DNA of 64,000 bases from Camelus dromedarius. Lineage: Eukaryota. The notes under the pieces are model-generated. The model made no database searches. It saw nothing but the letters and a program-made list of their open reading frames with translations, and had not been told where the DNA came from. The translations under genes were made by a program, and so were the position numbers. This document shows, piece after piece, positions 27,351-44,516 of the stretch (position 1 is the first letter of the stretch; each line of letters begins with the position of its first letter). Location of the stretch: contig NC_087447.1 of NCBI RefSeq assembly GCF_036321535.1, positions 7,502,001 through 7,566,000 on the forward strand, written 5' to 3'.

Positions 27351-30053
27351 TCAGTGCACCGAGACATGCAGCCTCTTGTTCTGGCGCCTCTTGAGCCGCT
27401 CGATGTATCGCTGCAGCTGCTTGGTCAGAAAGTGGTCCCAGCCAATCCCCGATCGGTAGCCTAGGGGGCAGAAATCCACTCAGGGCAGTGTGCAGGGGCA
27501 TGGCCTTCCCAGCAGCTGGCTTATGTTAGTTTGAAAAACTTTGGATCTCCAGGGTCCTGGGACCTACTGGTTTTGTTTGTTTCAAATGATCAAGTCATAG
27601 ACTTGTGCCTCAAAGAGATGAGGGATTCGGAGCAGGATGGAGGTGTTGGGTGGGTGAGGAGGGCAAGTTTAGAGATGTTGCAGGCCTGAACTAGGGCATT
27701 GGTAGCAGGCAGCTTTTTGGACACCTCTTGGACCACCCACCCTAAGCCATTAGCCCTCCCCACCCTACCCCACATTCATAAAGTGTCCACTGTCCAAAGG
27801 CTCCTCATAGCACCCAGGGAGGGGCCAAGGCCACACAAAAGCTGCCATCCCCAATAGACAAATGGAAAAAATGTGCCTTAGAAAAGCCATATTGCGGGAA
27901 GGGTAAAAGCCGAGTGATAGAGTGCTCACCTAGCATGCACGAGGTCCTGGATTCGATCCCCAGTACTTCCATCAAAATAAATAAATGCCTAATTACTCCC
28001 CCCCCCCCAAAAAAAAGGCACATCAGGTAGAGAGGGGCTGCACTAACGCTAGAGCCCAGGCTCCTGTCACCCTATGCTCTTCTCACTGGGTCTCCCTGTG
28101 CCCAGTCTCCCAACTTCTTACTTTTTGTGGGGCTTCTGTAATACTGGGAGGTGGTAAGGGAATCTAAGGCAGACACATCCTGAAATCCCGCTCCCACAGG
28201 CCCAAGCCCTGCATAATCCCCCAAGGCCCCTTGTGGGAGGTGGGAGAGGGGCTCACTCCAGAGGGCTTTGGTGAGGATTTCCAGAGCTTCATTCTCCATG
28301 AGTTCAGTCAAGGGCAGGGGCAGCTGGAGAGACAGCAAGCAAAAGGCTCAGATGTCCAAGGGCCCAGCTCTGCCCACAGCTGAAATGTCCCCGCCTGCTC
28401 CCTCCAGCTCCAAGACCCCCAACCAACCTGCCTGCCCCTCCACCCTTCAAAGCACCCCCACCCTCTCACCCCTGAAACCCCCAATCTGCCCGTCCCCCAC
28501 CCCACTAAACTCCCCAGTCTCCATGGCTGCCTCCAACCCTATTCTGCTGTTCCACCCAGTAGGCTCGATGGGGTGTGTGCTTCAAGATACTGAGCGATGA
28601 CCCTGAGGAAGGCTTTTCTGGGAGAAGAGAAAAAAAAGGAATCAGTCATCTGCAGACTTGCAAACTGCTGGGACTTCCCTCAAGCAGAGGAGATGTATGG
28701 GTGGGCATGTGGGGGGAGCCTTCAGAGACCAGCTCTAGGTGCCACTTTAGTGGGAAACAGTATGGGAGAGGTTTACAAGCCTAGGCTTTGTTGTCCCACC
28801 CTCCAAGGTTCCAGTTCTAACTGTCCCACTGTGTGAGACTTAGGGCCACTGACTGACTTTCTGACCCTCAAGTTCTTTATCTGTACAATGGGATAATAAG
28901 AGTACAATGGGATAATAAAGGGCACCCCCCCTTATGGGAGTTGTAAAGTTTAAAAGTGATCATGCAAGGGAAGCCCAGTGCCTGGCACAACAGCAAGCTC
29001 TCAATAGATGGCAGTTGTTATATTGTTATGAATTCCAATTGCCTGATGAAGGGCTGGAGAGCACAGGTGGTAGGTAGAAGGGGAAGGCATGTCCCAAACA
29101 GCGCATAGCATGAAGTAGGAAGTAAATACTTAAAAATTGTAACTGATGACTTAATGAATGAAAGACAGACACCTCCTCAAGCAGCGCAAATCCACAGAAA
29201 AGGAACTAACTCCTTGCTCTCAGCTATCCTGGTAATTCCATTAAATGCATAGGTCGTACCACACTGCCTTTGCGCATTTTCTCTATGGCCCCAGGACCTT
29301 GTTTTACAGCTGCCCGGTAGGGGGCGTTCCTAAAATATCTCGTTGATTTAAAGCGTCATGTATTAGCGCTGGCGCCCCTTCCAGGGAATCCTAGAAACTT
29401 GGGTCCTACAATCGCCACCACCACCCCCCTTTCACAGCAATAGAAATTGAGGCCCTGGCCAGCTCCCTGCTCTGTGGGCCCCCACAGCCCGGTGAGGCCA
29501 CACTAACCCGCTTTGGTATTGATATCGTCGTCCCCTTCCTCTATATGGCTTCTCAGGGAGCTCCTGCGGTGCACATCCTGCTCTGGCTTGAAGCTGTCTT
29601 TGTCATCCGTTTCTTTCCAGCTACTGTCAGAGTAGTGGCTGGCCTTCTTCTGTTTGTACCACCCGTGAGTCTTGCCGCTTAGGCTGCTGCCCTCCAGTTC
29701 TGAGACCTCGGGGACACTGGGCAGCGGCACGTTCAGCTTCGGCTGCGACAGCGTAGCTGTGGTCCACAGATTCCGTATGTCTGGTTCACTCGACTTGCCT
29801 GAGACATGGCGGCCCAAAGACTTGGCCTGTGGGCCACATAAAAGGAAGGAAGCCAAGGGTCGAGAGGAATTGGGGAGGGGGCGGGGATCCTGAGCCCAGA
29901 CAGGGCGGAGACTCCTTCGAGGTGGGTGGGGATGAAAAGGGAGTGATTGCTGGGAGCTGCCTTGAACCAAGGCTGAAACCTAGGATGAGTCTGGGGGCTG
30001 ACAGGGTGAGGAGGCCCAGGAAGGGTTCTTACTTTCAAAGGCTTTTCCTCCAT
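27351..30053 (-). CDS. CATSPERZ: CatSper channel auxiliary subunit zeta (TEX40), 198 aa
   Basis: Exons 30033-30053 (MEEKPLK), 29508-29826 (RNLWTTATLSQPKLNVPL), 28538-28617 (HTPHRAYWVEQQNR), 28257-28323 (LPLPLTELMENEALEILTKALW), 27351-27460 (DHFLTKQLQRYIERLKRR); 597 nt, phases consistent. Confidence 0.93.
27895..28016 (+). mobile_element. Camelid tRNA-Ala-derived SINE in CATSPERZ intron 4
   Basis: gggaagggtaaaagccgagtgatagagtgctcacctagcatgcacgaggtcctggattcgatccccagtacttcca...cctaattac...poly-A. Confidence 0.82.
28840..29030 (+). mobile_element. MIR SINE containing a 17-bp internal duplication
   Basis: ctcaagttctttatctgtacaatgggataataa; gtacaatgggataataa occurs at 28883-28899 and 28902-28918. 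Confidence 0.75.
29314..29326 (+). promoter_or_regulatory. CTCF core motif in CATSPERZ intron 2
   Basis: CCGGTAGGGGGCG matches CCRSYAGRKGGCR at every position. Confidence 0.6.
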
Positions 30054-30506
30054 GGTTCTGCCCCAACGGGCCCAGTCGCCACAGGCCTCGGGGCAAGGAG
30101 GAGGTGGTCACGCTCCAAGAAGGGGGAGGGGCAGGGTCCCGTTTGGAATGGTGATGGGGGTCTCGCGCGGGGAGAGTTCAACCTACAGCCCTCCACACCA
30201 GATGCCGTTATGTCTTCCCATCCCCCTCACTCCCCCAACCCCCAAGAGGTATGCTGAGGATGAAGGTACAGCCCATCTTGGCAGATTCCCACGCCAGACG
30301 CTATCTGGTAAACCCCAGGCAGAGACACAAGTCCGAGCACAGCAAAGAGCACCGTGCCTTGACCGAAGTGGGTGTAGGTGGGAGGCGAGGCTTGGCCCGG
30401 GGGTCCGGGGAAGCCTGACTTGCCCCGAAGGTGGCCCTATGCAAGCACTCCTACACCCTCTCGCGTCCCCGGAGCGCCACGCCCGCAGTGGTGCAGACTG
30501 TTTTCG

Positions 30507-30512
30507 TTTATT
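30507..30512 (-). terminator. KCNK4 polyadenylation signal AATAAA
   Basis: tttatt on + about 270 nt past the stop and only about 450 bp upstream of the CATSPERZ ATG. Confidence 0.75.
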
Positions 30513-30779
30513 GATGTAGGCTTTGAGGCACAGTCGTGAGATGTTGTGAGGGACCGGCCCAGACAGGACAGTGAGACAGAAAGCCTTGGTGGGGGGGAAT
30601 CTGGTAATGGATGAAGTGAGGAGGGGGCCAGGAGCAGAGGGTGGCAGACAAGCAGCCCTTAGCCTCCTCCCCAGGCTTCAGTCCACTCGAGAGAGGGCTC
30701 TTTGGTCAAACAAGCAGAGCATGCCGGGGAGAAAGCAAGAACGAAGCCCTTTGAGAGGCCCTGGGCCGGGGTCCTGCCC

Positions 30780-36435
<5,656 letters not shown>

Positions 36436-37582
36436 CTACACCCTCCTTCTCCAACCCCTACACACCCAAAAGTGCTTGGAGCCCCCAGCCCTACTACCCA
36501 CGGATATCCTCTCCTCACATCCCTCTGGCCGGATACTTGGTACCAGGACACACCCAGTTCCCCACCACCTCTGTCCTCCCCCTTACCTCCACTGCCCGGC
36601 CCTCAGCCCCTGTCCGGGGACTCCAGAGTGTGAGAAGAGAAGAGGGCACCGAGAAGGGAAAGGATGGAGCGTGGAAGGGGGAAAGAGAGACTGAGCCTAC
36701 GCAGGGAGAGGCGGTGAGCAAGGAAGTGCTGGGGGCCTGGTGGCTGAAGGGGCGCAGAGGCGAGTGAAGGGAAAATCGGAGGAGAGGCCGGACCGCGCAG
36801 GGCGTGGACGGGGATGGCTGGTCCCGGCTCGTCCGCTGAGGCTGCGGCAGCATCTTCGCGGCTTCTCCCTCCCCTCTTGCCTCTCCTTGCTCTGCTGCTA
36901 GACGCGATGGGCCGGGCAGGGAGCCTCCAGGGTCCCCCAGCGCCCCGCCGAGCTTTCGAGGAACCCAGGGGCGGGTCCCAGTCGCTGCGCAGAGGCAGGG
37001 AGGAGGGGACGGGAAGGTGCCGGGTTCCGGGAAGGAGCGGGGTGGGAGCGACCGGGGCGGACCAGTGCAGCATCCCCCGGGACAGCTGTCAGTCCCCGGG
37101 ACAGCGGGCGGCGGCGCCCACGCGCACACACGCGGGCACAAAGACCTGCGCGCCCACGCTCCACCCTGCGGCTCCAGCCGCCTCGCTGCCCAGGCTGCAC
37201 GCACGCACACACTCCACCTGCTCATTCCCCGGACTCACGGGCACACTAGACCCCCAGGGCCGTGCGTGGCGGGTCAAGGCCCCCAGAGGCCCCCACACAC
37301 GTGTGCGCACACTCACGTACACACACACTCAGATCGCGGGGCCATCGTGCGGCGCCCGCCGCCCAGGCACCCCACACCCGCCGCTCGCTTCCACCGCCTC
37401 CCGGCGTCTTCACGCCGACGACTCGGAGCGTGACGGGCGGCGGGACGGGCGGCCGCACGACTCCCGGAGGCGCCCACGCGCGGGAGGTGGGCGCCCCTTG
37501 CCGCCAGTAGCCCCTTGCGCCCCCCGCGATCCCGCACTCCCTCCCCGCACCCGCGCGCCTGCCCTCTCCGCCCTGCACTCAC

Positions 37583-37900
37583 TGTCGGCCCCGCTGCGGC
37601 GGCGGCGGCTGCGGCTGCGGCCCGGGTTCTCGAACGGCCTCGCCGGTGCCGGCTGGGCCGCGGAGGCGGCGGCGGCAGCAGGGGCGGAGCGGGTGGCCGC
37701 CGGGGCTGGGACCCCCCCTCCCGCAGCCAGAAGCCCCCCTCCTCCCGCGTTTAACCCCTCCAGCGCCGTGCTTCCCTCCGTGCCTCACCCTCGCCACCGG
37801 CGCCTCTCCTTACCTGCGGCCGCCCAGCCCCCCAGTCCCGGCCGGTCCCAGGAGATGAATGGCAGAGGAGCCAGAGAGGGGTTGCCGATGGGTCAGGCCT
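37583..37900 (-). promoter_or_regulatory. Two alternative KCNK4 first exons in a CpG island
   Basis: Sense donors GACA|gtgagt (exon end 37583) and GCAG|gtaagg (exon end 37814); GCC/GCA triplet run at 37593-37621 in the proximal exon. Confidence 0.65.
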
Positions 37901-39484
37901 GGAGTCCCAGATCGGAGCCCTCGTGCTGCCCTGCCAGCCAGCCAGCCAGTGTGGCCAGCGGACTGGCCTGGCCTGGACATCAGCCGGCTCACCTCTCCAG
38001 ACGGGAACCACGCTAATCTCCCAGCATCTTCTAGGCCCACTACCAGATCCCAAGGGCTCTCAACACCCTGCCCCTGGGGACAGCTTGGACCTTGGGCTCA
38101 GCACTCATGAGGGAGGACACCCCACGGGAAAAGGGGGTGGGGGAATCCACCAAGGCCGAGGTAGGGTTGGGACCAAGCTCCAGGAAATCAAGCTGGGGCA
38201 CCTCCTGCCCCTACTCCTGTATCCCCATCCCTTGCTCCTCACTTCCATGCCCATCCCAGTCTGGAACTGGTGCCAGCACTCCCTCCCCCACTGCTGGAAC
38301 AGCAGGGCCCTGGCAGTTGCTGGAACTCAGCCCCTCTCTGCTCTTACCCACTTCTTTACAACTTTTATCTTGACAAATACCCTCCTCTGCCTGGGGTCCT
38401 CAGCCTTCACCTGAATGGTTTTAAGCAGGGGCTCTAAGTCTGACCGCCTCCTACCAGAAGAGGGCCTAGACAGGTTACCAAATTCTTTGAGCCTTCCAGT
38501 TGCCACTTACAGAAAAAGGATGATTAATTATCACCTCAGGGTGCTATCCTGAGAATTAAAGAGGTGGGTATTTGTAAATGCTCAAAACAGAGCTTAGCAT
38601 TCACAATTAAGTGCCCTACAAATGTTAGCAATTTTCCTTTCAACAAAAAGTGACTGTCCAGCTTTAAGCTGATTCTCTGAATCTCAGATGCCCTCTCTGG
38701 AGGCCATGGGGGCCTGGCACTCAGGATAGTCCCAGGGGAAGGGTTTTGAGACAGGCTCAGTACTAGGCTCCAGGAATTCCAAGGAGCTGGAATAAATGGC
38801 CAGGTACATGGGCAGGAGACAGACCATCTGATAAAGAACTCCAGCTATGGAGCAGATGACAGATCTGTAAGGGCTGTGACTGCAGAGGGCAGTGACTGCA
38901 CTACTAGGGACAGCAGAGAAGGGGGTCCTCAGGACCACCAGGAAGACTGTGTGAGTGTAGCCCACCCATCTGACCAAATCCACACCTGGTAGGGAGATGG
39001 GGGCTGCTCAGTCACTGGCCAACTCCTCCACAGGCCTTGGATTAACTCCTGGGCCTGAAGGCTAGGTTGGGCATAATAACAGGGGAACAAGGTCTCCAGA
39101 TATCCCGATCCACTGAGGGTAAGAAGCATAGTAGCCATACACAATCACAGTGCCAAGGGACCCAATAGGCGGGGGACACAGTTCTCTGACCGGGAGATGG
39201 AAGGCTTCATAAAAGAGGTGAAATTTGAATCAGATCTTGAGGAAAGAGTAGAAATTGTTCAAGTAGGGAGGGGGTTGGGGTGGAAGCAGGACTCTTCTGG
39301 TCTCTCTTCCCCTCAGACTGCAGGCTGCTCCCTCTCCTTGCCCACCAGCCTTGGGGGAGGTAAAAGGCCCCTGCCCAGCCCAGCAGTCCTCTTCAACGGG
39401 CAGTGCCAGATCTGTCTTAGACTGAACCGGCTACGGTGTGAGGAACACAAGCAAGCAGTGAATGGACTCAGGGCACAGACACTG

Positions 39485-39490
39485 TTTATT
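39485..39490 (-). terminator. GPR137 polyadenylation signal AATAAA
   Basis: tttatt on + about 275 nt past the stop. Confidence 0.8.
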
Positions 39491-39764
39491 GAGTGGCAGG
39501 CGCAGGAGAGGTAGCTGGCTCCCATGTAGAAGCGGAGGTGGCAGGTCATGCCAGGGTGCTGTGGGCATCTGGCAGCCAGGGCCATGCCCCTCATCCTAGG
39601 GGACAGCACAAGCTCACTACGTCAGGAGTAGCAAGGAGCTGGCCTGGGGAAGAGGCAGCTACAGCCCCCGGGATCCTGGGCAAGAAGCGGCGGGTGAACT
39701 TGGCACAGGGGCCTAGGGTGGGAGGGACTGGGGCCTGGATGTTGTGGGGGGAAACGGAGGAGGA

Positions 39765-42404
39765 TCACGTCTGTGGGGTGGAGTAGAGACTGTGGTGGTG
39801 GCTGCCTGGTCCTAGAACCTGGGAGAAGAGCAGAGGAGTGGTCCGCGTCTGGCTGCCTCCGCACCAGCCTGGCTCCCGCCCGATGGTGCCGTACCAGCTA
39901 CCAGAGCTCAGGCTGCCAGACATGCTGCAGGCAGAAAATAGGGTCAGTCCCACAGCAGTGACCAGGACCACAGTCGCAAGAGCTGGCGGAGGGAGAGAAA
40001 CTCAGAACAGAGCCCAGTGACCCAGACCTCTCTGTCTATGGCAAACTGCATTTGGGGGGTAGGATGGGGGCCTGAGCAAAAGGAAACCAGAGGGGACCTC
40101 ACCTTGTAAAGACAGGAAGCAAAGGCCATTGGAGGTGGGTAGTGGGTGGCAAGACCCAGTTCTAGGTCCCCACGGCTCGATGGGGCAATCTGGGAGCCCA
40201 GGGGACCTGAGGTGGGGCCGGGACTCCTACCTGGTGCTCTCGCCCCGGCTGTGCTCCCAAGAGCAGCCCTCGTCCTCGCAGTGGGCCCGGTCAAAGAAGT
40301 AGGAACGGGAGCCAAAGACCTGCCCGTTGAGGATGCGGCTGGTGCTCTGGGGGAGGGAGCCACCGTTGATGCTTTCTCCTGCCCCCCACTGGCCTCCCAC
40401 CACCCCCAGAGCCCAGTCCAGGGATTCCCAGTGCCACCCTTCTCCACTGGCCCTCACCAGGTCCTGTGGGGGCCGATGCACCCGAAAGAAGCCCACCAGC
40501 AGGGTGGTGGGCAGCAGTTCCCACACAAAAAGGATGAGGCCAAACACCAGGTAGCCTTTGTTCCCCAAGTCATTCACCAGGTCCGCCTGTGGGGAGGCAG
40601 GGGCTGTGCCAATCTGCAGTTGTGCCAGTGGGGCCACCCAGACAGGGCCCAGGCCAGCTTGGGGCCAAGAGCCACAGCAGACGAGCTGAATGCCCACCTG
40701 GTCAGAGACGTTGTACCAGTCATAATCGAAGGCATCCAGCCGGCTCTGGGGGGCCAAGGCCAGGGCCGCCAGGTTGTAGCAGGCCCGGCTGGCATAGAGC
40801 AGGACCATGGCGCCACCCATTGCAGCTGCCTGGCACACACTGGTCCCCTGGCACAGATGACAACAGAGGACCCTCAGGGACGGGAGGCTCCAACTTCCTC
40901 TCTACCCTGAAGACTCCAAACACCCCAAAAAGACACTCAAGCATCAGCGCTTGTGGCCCTACCTTGGCCTCCAGGTAGATGCTGGTGGAGGGGGCCCGCC
41001 GGGCGACAAGGCAGAGGCAGGCAGCAAGAGAGAGTGCGCAGATAACAAACAGGGAGTCGCTCACCAGGACGCGCACCAGCAGGAGGGCCCAGGGCTGTGC
41101 CCGGCGCCGGCGGGACAGCACTGCACACAGCACATTCACCAGCAGAAAGAGCAGCGAGGCCCCCACGAAGGCCCCTCGGACAGCCAGCCTGCGGCCCACA
41201 GCACAGTCAGCCCCAGCTGGCCACCTCTGACACTCACCGACCACCAACCACATCCCCCAGGAGACCCCGGTGTCAATCAGAACCTCAGATCATCCAGTCT
41301 GAACCTGTTCCCAGGTTTGCAGATGAGGAAACTGGGGCCCAAAGAAGTCAGAAGGTGATTGACAGCTGCAGTACAGTGGAAACAGCACTAGATTGTGAGT
41401 CAGAAATCTGGGTTTAAGCCCTGACTCTGCCTCCTGCCAGGGGTGTGACCTTGAACATGTTGCTTGACCTTGCTGGGCCTCAGTGTCTTCATCTCTCAAA
41501 TGGGAATAACATCAGCTTCACAAGTAAGATGTAAAAATTAATGATATTTGTGAAAGCTCTTAATAAAACTGTGAGATGTTATACATATGACAGGAGTATC
41601 ATTGCCCAAGGTCACCTAGAAGTGTCCTTGGGTTTGGAGTTTCCAAAGGCTGGAGCCTACAGCTCTTCTTCCATCATGGATGACGCTGGTACCCATGCCC
41701 CTCACCATATCATGATTGTTTCTATTATAGTTGCCCTTCACATGTGCAGCGCATCTGCTAAGCCATCGACACCAAGTGCCTAACTTTTCCAAGCCTTTCA
41801 CAAACATTCCCTGGGTTGTCCTCACCTCAACCTGCCATGGGGGAAGGAATGGCCACTGGGCTTCTCCCTGCCCATGAGCTGGGGGCTGAGCCCACCAGTG
41901 TCCCGAGTACTTACAAGCCTCGGCTCATCTCTGGCCGACGCTTTGCCTTGGCCTTGAACACCACCTGGGAGCAGAGATGCCCATCATTCTTTTGGGCCCT
42001 TGGGGCTGGCCACCCCACTGCCCACCCCCACCCGTCCCCATGGTTACCTGAGCAAAGTAGAGGTTCATAAGCGTCAGTGTGAAGAACTGCAGGCAGACAG
42101 GGCAGCAGTAGAGAAGCCAAAAGGGCAGGGGTCCCAGGCGGTTGGCTCGGGGTGTATCTCGAAAATAGAAGGAGAAGAGGGTGGTACGCAAGGCAGCCCA
42201 GAGCAGACACAGTGCCAGGAACACCGTCTGATAGCTGAGACGCTTGTGCCCATACAGGAGCACCAGCCAGAGCTGGGCATAGACGGAGAAGAAGAGCAGG
42301 GCGTACAGGGTAGTGTAGGCCGCAGTCAGCCCCAGGGTCACGGCAGGCGGCAGCGCAGGCACCAGCCCAGCAGCAGGCACCAGGCCAGACAGGTTACTCT
42401 CCAT
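39765..42404 (-). CDS. GPR137: Integral membrane protein GPR137 (lysosomal, TM7SF1-like), 395 aa
   Basis: Exons 42048-42404 ([30 protein letters not shown]), 41915-41964, 40963-41188, 40698-40847, 40458-40586, 40231-40346, 39765-39924 ([11 protein letters not shown]); 1188 nt. Confidence 0.96.
41300..41590. mobile_element. MIR fragments in GPR137 intron
   Basis: tttgcagatgaggaaactggggccc (antisense) and gtgtgaccttgaacatgttgcttgacc...cctcagtgtcttcatctctcaaatggg (sense). Confidence 0.7.
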
Positions 42405-42899
42405 GTCAGAGAGGGAGGCCTGAATCCGGGAGACAGAGGTGGAGTGGCTGGTAGGGGGCAAGGGAAATAAATACAGAGGGGTGGGAGTTGTAGGGTGCAG
42501 AGGCAGAGATGGGGAGCTTAGGGGTAAAGAAGCTGTGGCTGGCCAGGCCCTCCCCCAACAGAGGGATCCCTCGCCTTTGCTAGGCACAGGCAACCTGGGT
42601 CCCTCACTCAGGGGTATGGAAGGACAGCCTTTCCTGTCCGGGGCAGAGAGTGTCTCCTCCCTGGGCCAGCCTCAGAAGCCAGGGTTGGGGGTGGGGAGGT
42701 GCAGAGGCTGAAGAGGGGTCCCTGGCCTTGGTCGCTGGAGTCGTCCTGGCAGGAGGGGGAGAGCCGGCCAATGCCAGTCGGCTCAGGGCAGCGGCCGCTG
42801 CGGGGCGCGCTTAACGCCTGGCTCTCCCCCTCCCCAAACTGGGGGGCTCTCTCCCCTCAACAATCCGGATGGTAGGGCCTCTGCCTTTCGTCCTCGGGA

Positions 42900-44230
42900 T
42901 TCCGAACGCTGCCCCCACCCCACCCCCACTGCGTCCACTCTCCAGCCGCAGGGGAGGGGAGGAGGTCGACGCCGGGTCCTCAGGCCGCCGCTGGGGGAGC
43001 CGGCTCCGGTCGCTGGGACCCTGGACTCCGGCTCCCCGGCTCCCGCTGCTCCGCCCCCTCCTGCGCCTGCGCGGGCGCCGTTCGCTACGCAAATTGCTCT
43101 CAGTCTAGCCCTTGCTCCGCAGCCCTGCGCCGCGCCCGGGGCGGAGCGGTTCGAGAATTGGCGCGAGCTGCGCAGCCGGCGGGCGCCAGGGGTTACGAGA
43201 GGCGGGAGGCGACCGTGAGGCTCTGGCCGCGCTGTATCCGGCCCGCGCCGGAGTGGGCCGTGCCCGGGGCCAGCGGCCCTTGCTTGTTTGGGGGACCGCC
43301 AGTTACCATGCTTCTCTTCTCCACCCCCAAATCGAGATCGTGCCGCCCGACCCGGGGCGGTAACGACTTCTCTTCACCCGATCTCTGAAGGAAACTTCCG
43401 CCCTCAGCCAAGATGGCCTCCGAGGCCCGCCCCCCCCCCCCCCAATCCCCGGCTTTAACTCCCGGGGTCCCACAGCCCGCCAGCCGACGCCCTGGCCGGC
43501 GGCGGTTCCTGCTCACCTGGCCCGCCGCCTGCCAGGCGTGAGGCCCTGCGAGTCCTATGGTCACCCTGACAGGGGCCTCTGTCCTTTCTGTGTCGGGGCA
43601 GTCATCCTGCCAGGGTGGAGGCTCCCTCGCTTATCTCGAGTGCTCCCGCGTTGGCGCGGGGAGTGGCGCCCCTGATGCGGGCGGTGCGAGGGTTCCACTG
43701 GGGGAGGAGGGAGGGGGACTTCCCGATCTGGTCACCCAGTCCAGACGGAGCAGTGACACCAGCAACAATTGCATCCAACGGCTGAGCTTCAATGACGGTT
43801 TTGCAAAGTGCTTTCACCCACAGTAATCACCACTCAGTTTACAAGGATCACTGGCTCCTGAGGGAGGTGTCATCCTCCCTATTTTACAGGGGCAGGAATT
43901 AAGGCCCAGAGAGGCTGAAGGACTTGTCAGCAGAAGCTGGTCCCCAAATGGGGACTCCAGAGAATCCCTCATCTGCTCACACACAAATGCCCGAGACAGA
44001 AGTAAGTTGGGAACCGAGCATCCGGAGACGAAGAAGGGACCCATGAGGAAGACGGTGGGCTGGGCCCCGGGCCGGTAGTGGCCCCGCCTGCTGGCCTGCT
44101 AGTGACATTTCCAAAGCTGATTGGGCCGGAACGATGACAGTTCCCGTTGCCCAGGCAACTAGGGCCGGGCTCCCTCAGCGCTAGAGAGAGGCGGCGGGCC
44201 CGGGTCAGGGGCCTAGAGATCGGGCTTGGG
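42900..44230. promoter_or_regulatory. Shared head-to-head GPR137/BAD CpG-island promoter region
   Basis: NRF1-like TGCGCCTGCGCG 43062-43073, ETS ACTTCCG 43394-43400, YY1 AAGATGGC 43410-43417, ATTGG (CCAAT) 44120-44124, RFX X-box GTTGCCCAGGCAAC 44146-44159; BAD non-coding exon 1 about 44157-44230 with donor GGG|gtgaga. Confidence 0.75.
43948..44074 (+). pseudogene. Relic of the rodent BAD-L N-terminal coding exon with an in-frame stop
   Basis: ATG 43948 reads MGTPENPSSAHTQMPETEVSWEPSIRRRRRDP*GRRWAGPRA; aligns to recalled mouse [13 protein letters not shown]...[21 protein letters not shown]; TGA at 44044-44046. Confidence 0.65.
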
Positions 44231-44516
44231 GTGAGACCTGTCTGCCGTCACCATCGGCTTGTCTGGCGGAGGCCTGGGTAGGGGCCTGGGGCTGCTCCAC
44301 AGCCCCACGGCTCCGAGAGATTTAGATCCTGGATGGATAGACTGAGCTTCCTGCCAGGCCAGACTCAACGACAGATGGGGGCCTGGGAGGCAGGGTGGAC
44401 TTGGGGCTCTGAGGTGGGATAGGGAGCCAGAGGCACCTGCGCCCCAACCCCTGCTGGCCACCGTTTGCCCCAGCTGTGCCCTAACTACCTGCCATCTTGC
44501 CTCCACAGCCCAGAGC

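Noticed and set aside
36814-38016. 400-aa + strand ORF and other long ORFs (1555-2208, 2779-3606, 46847-47680, 57225-58163, 61779-62546)
   Set aside because: Low-complexity Pro/Arg/Gly/Ala products from CpG islands, antisense to real exons or inside L2; no recognisable domain, and many start at TTG/GTG/CTG.
42405-42593. 63-aa N-terminal extension of GPR137 in the ORF track
   Set aside because: The start at 42593 is TTG, not ATG, and the stretch looks like a polypyrimidine tract with an acceptor (attcag|) at 42419.
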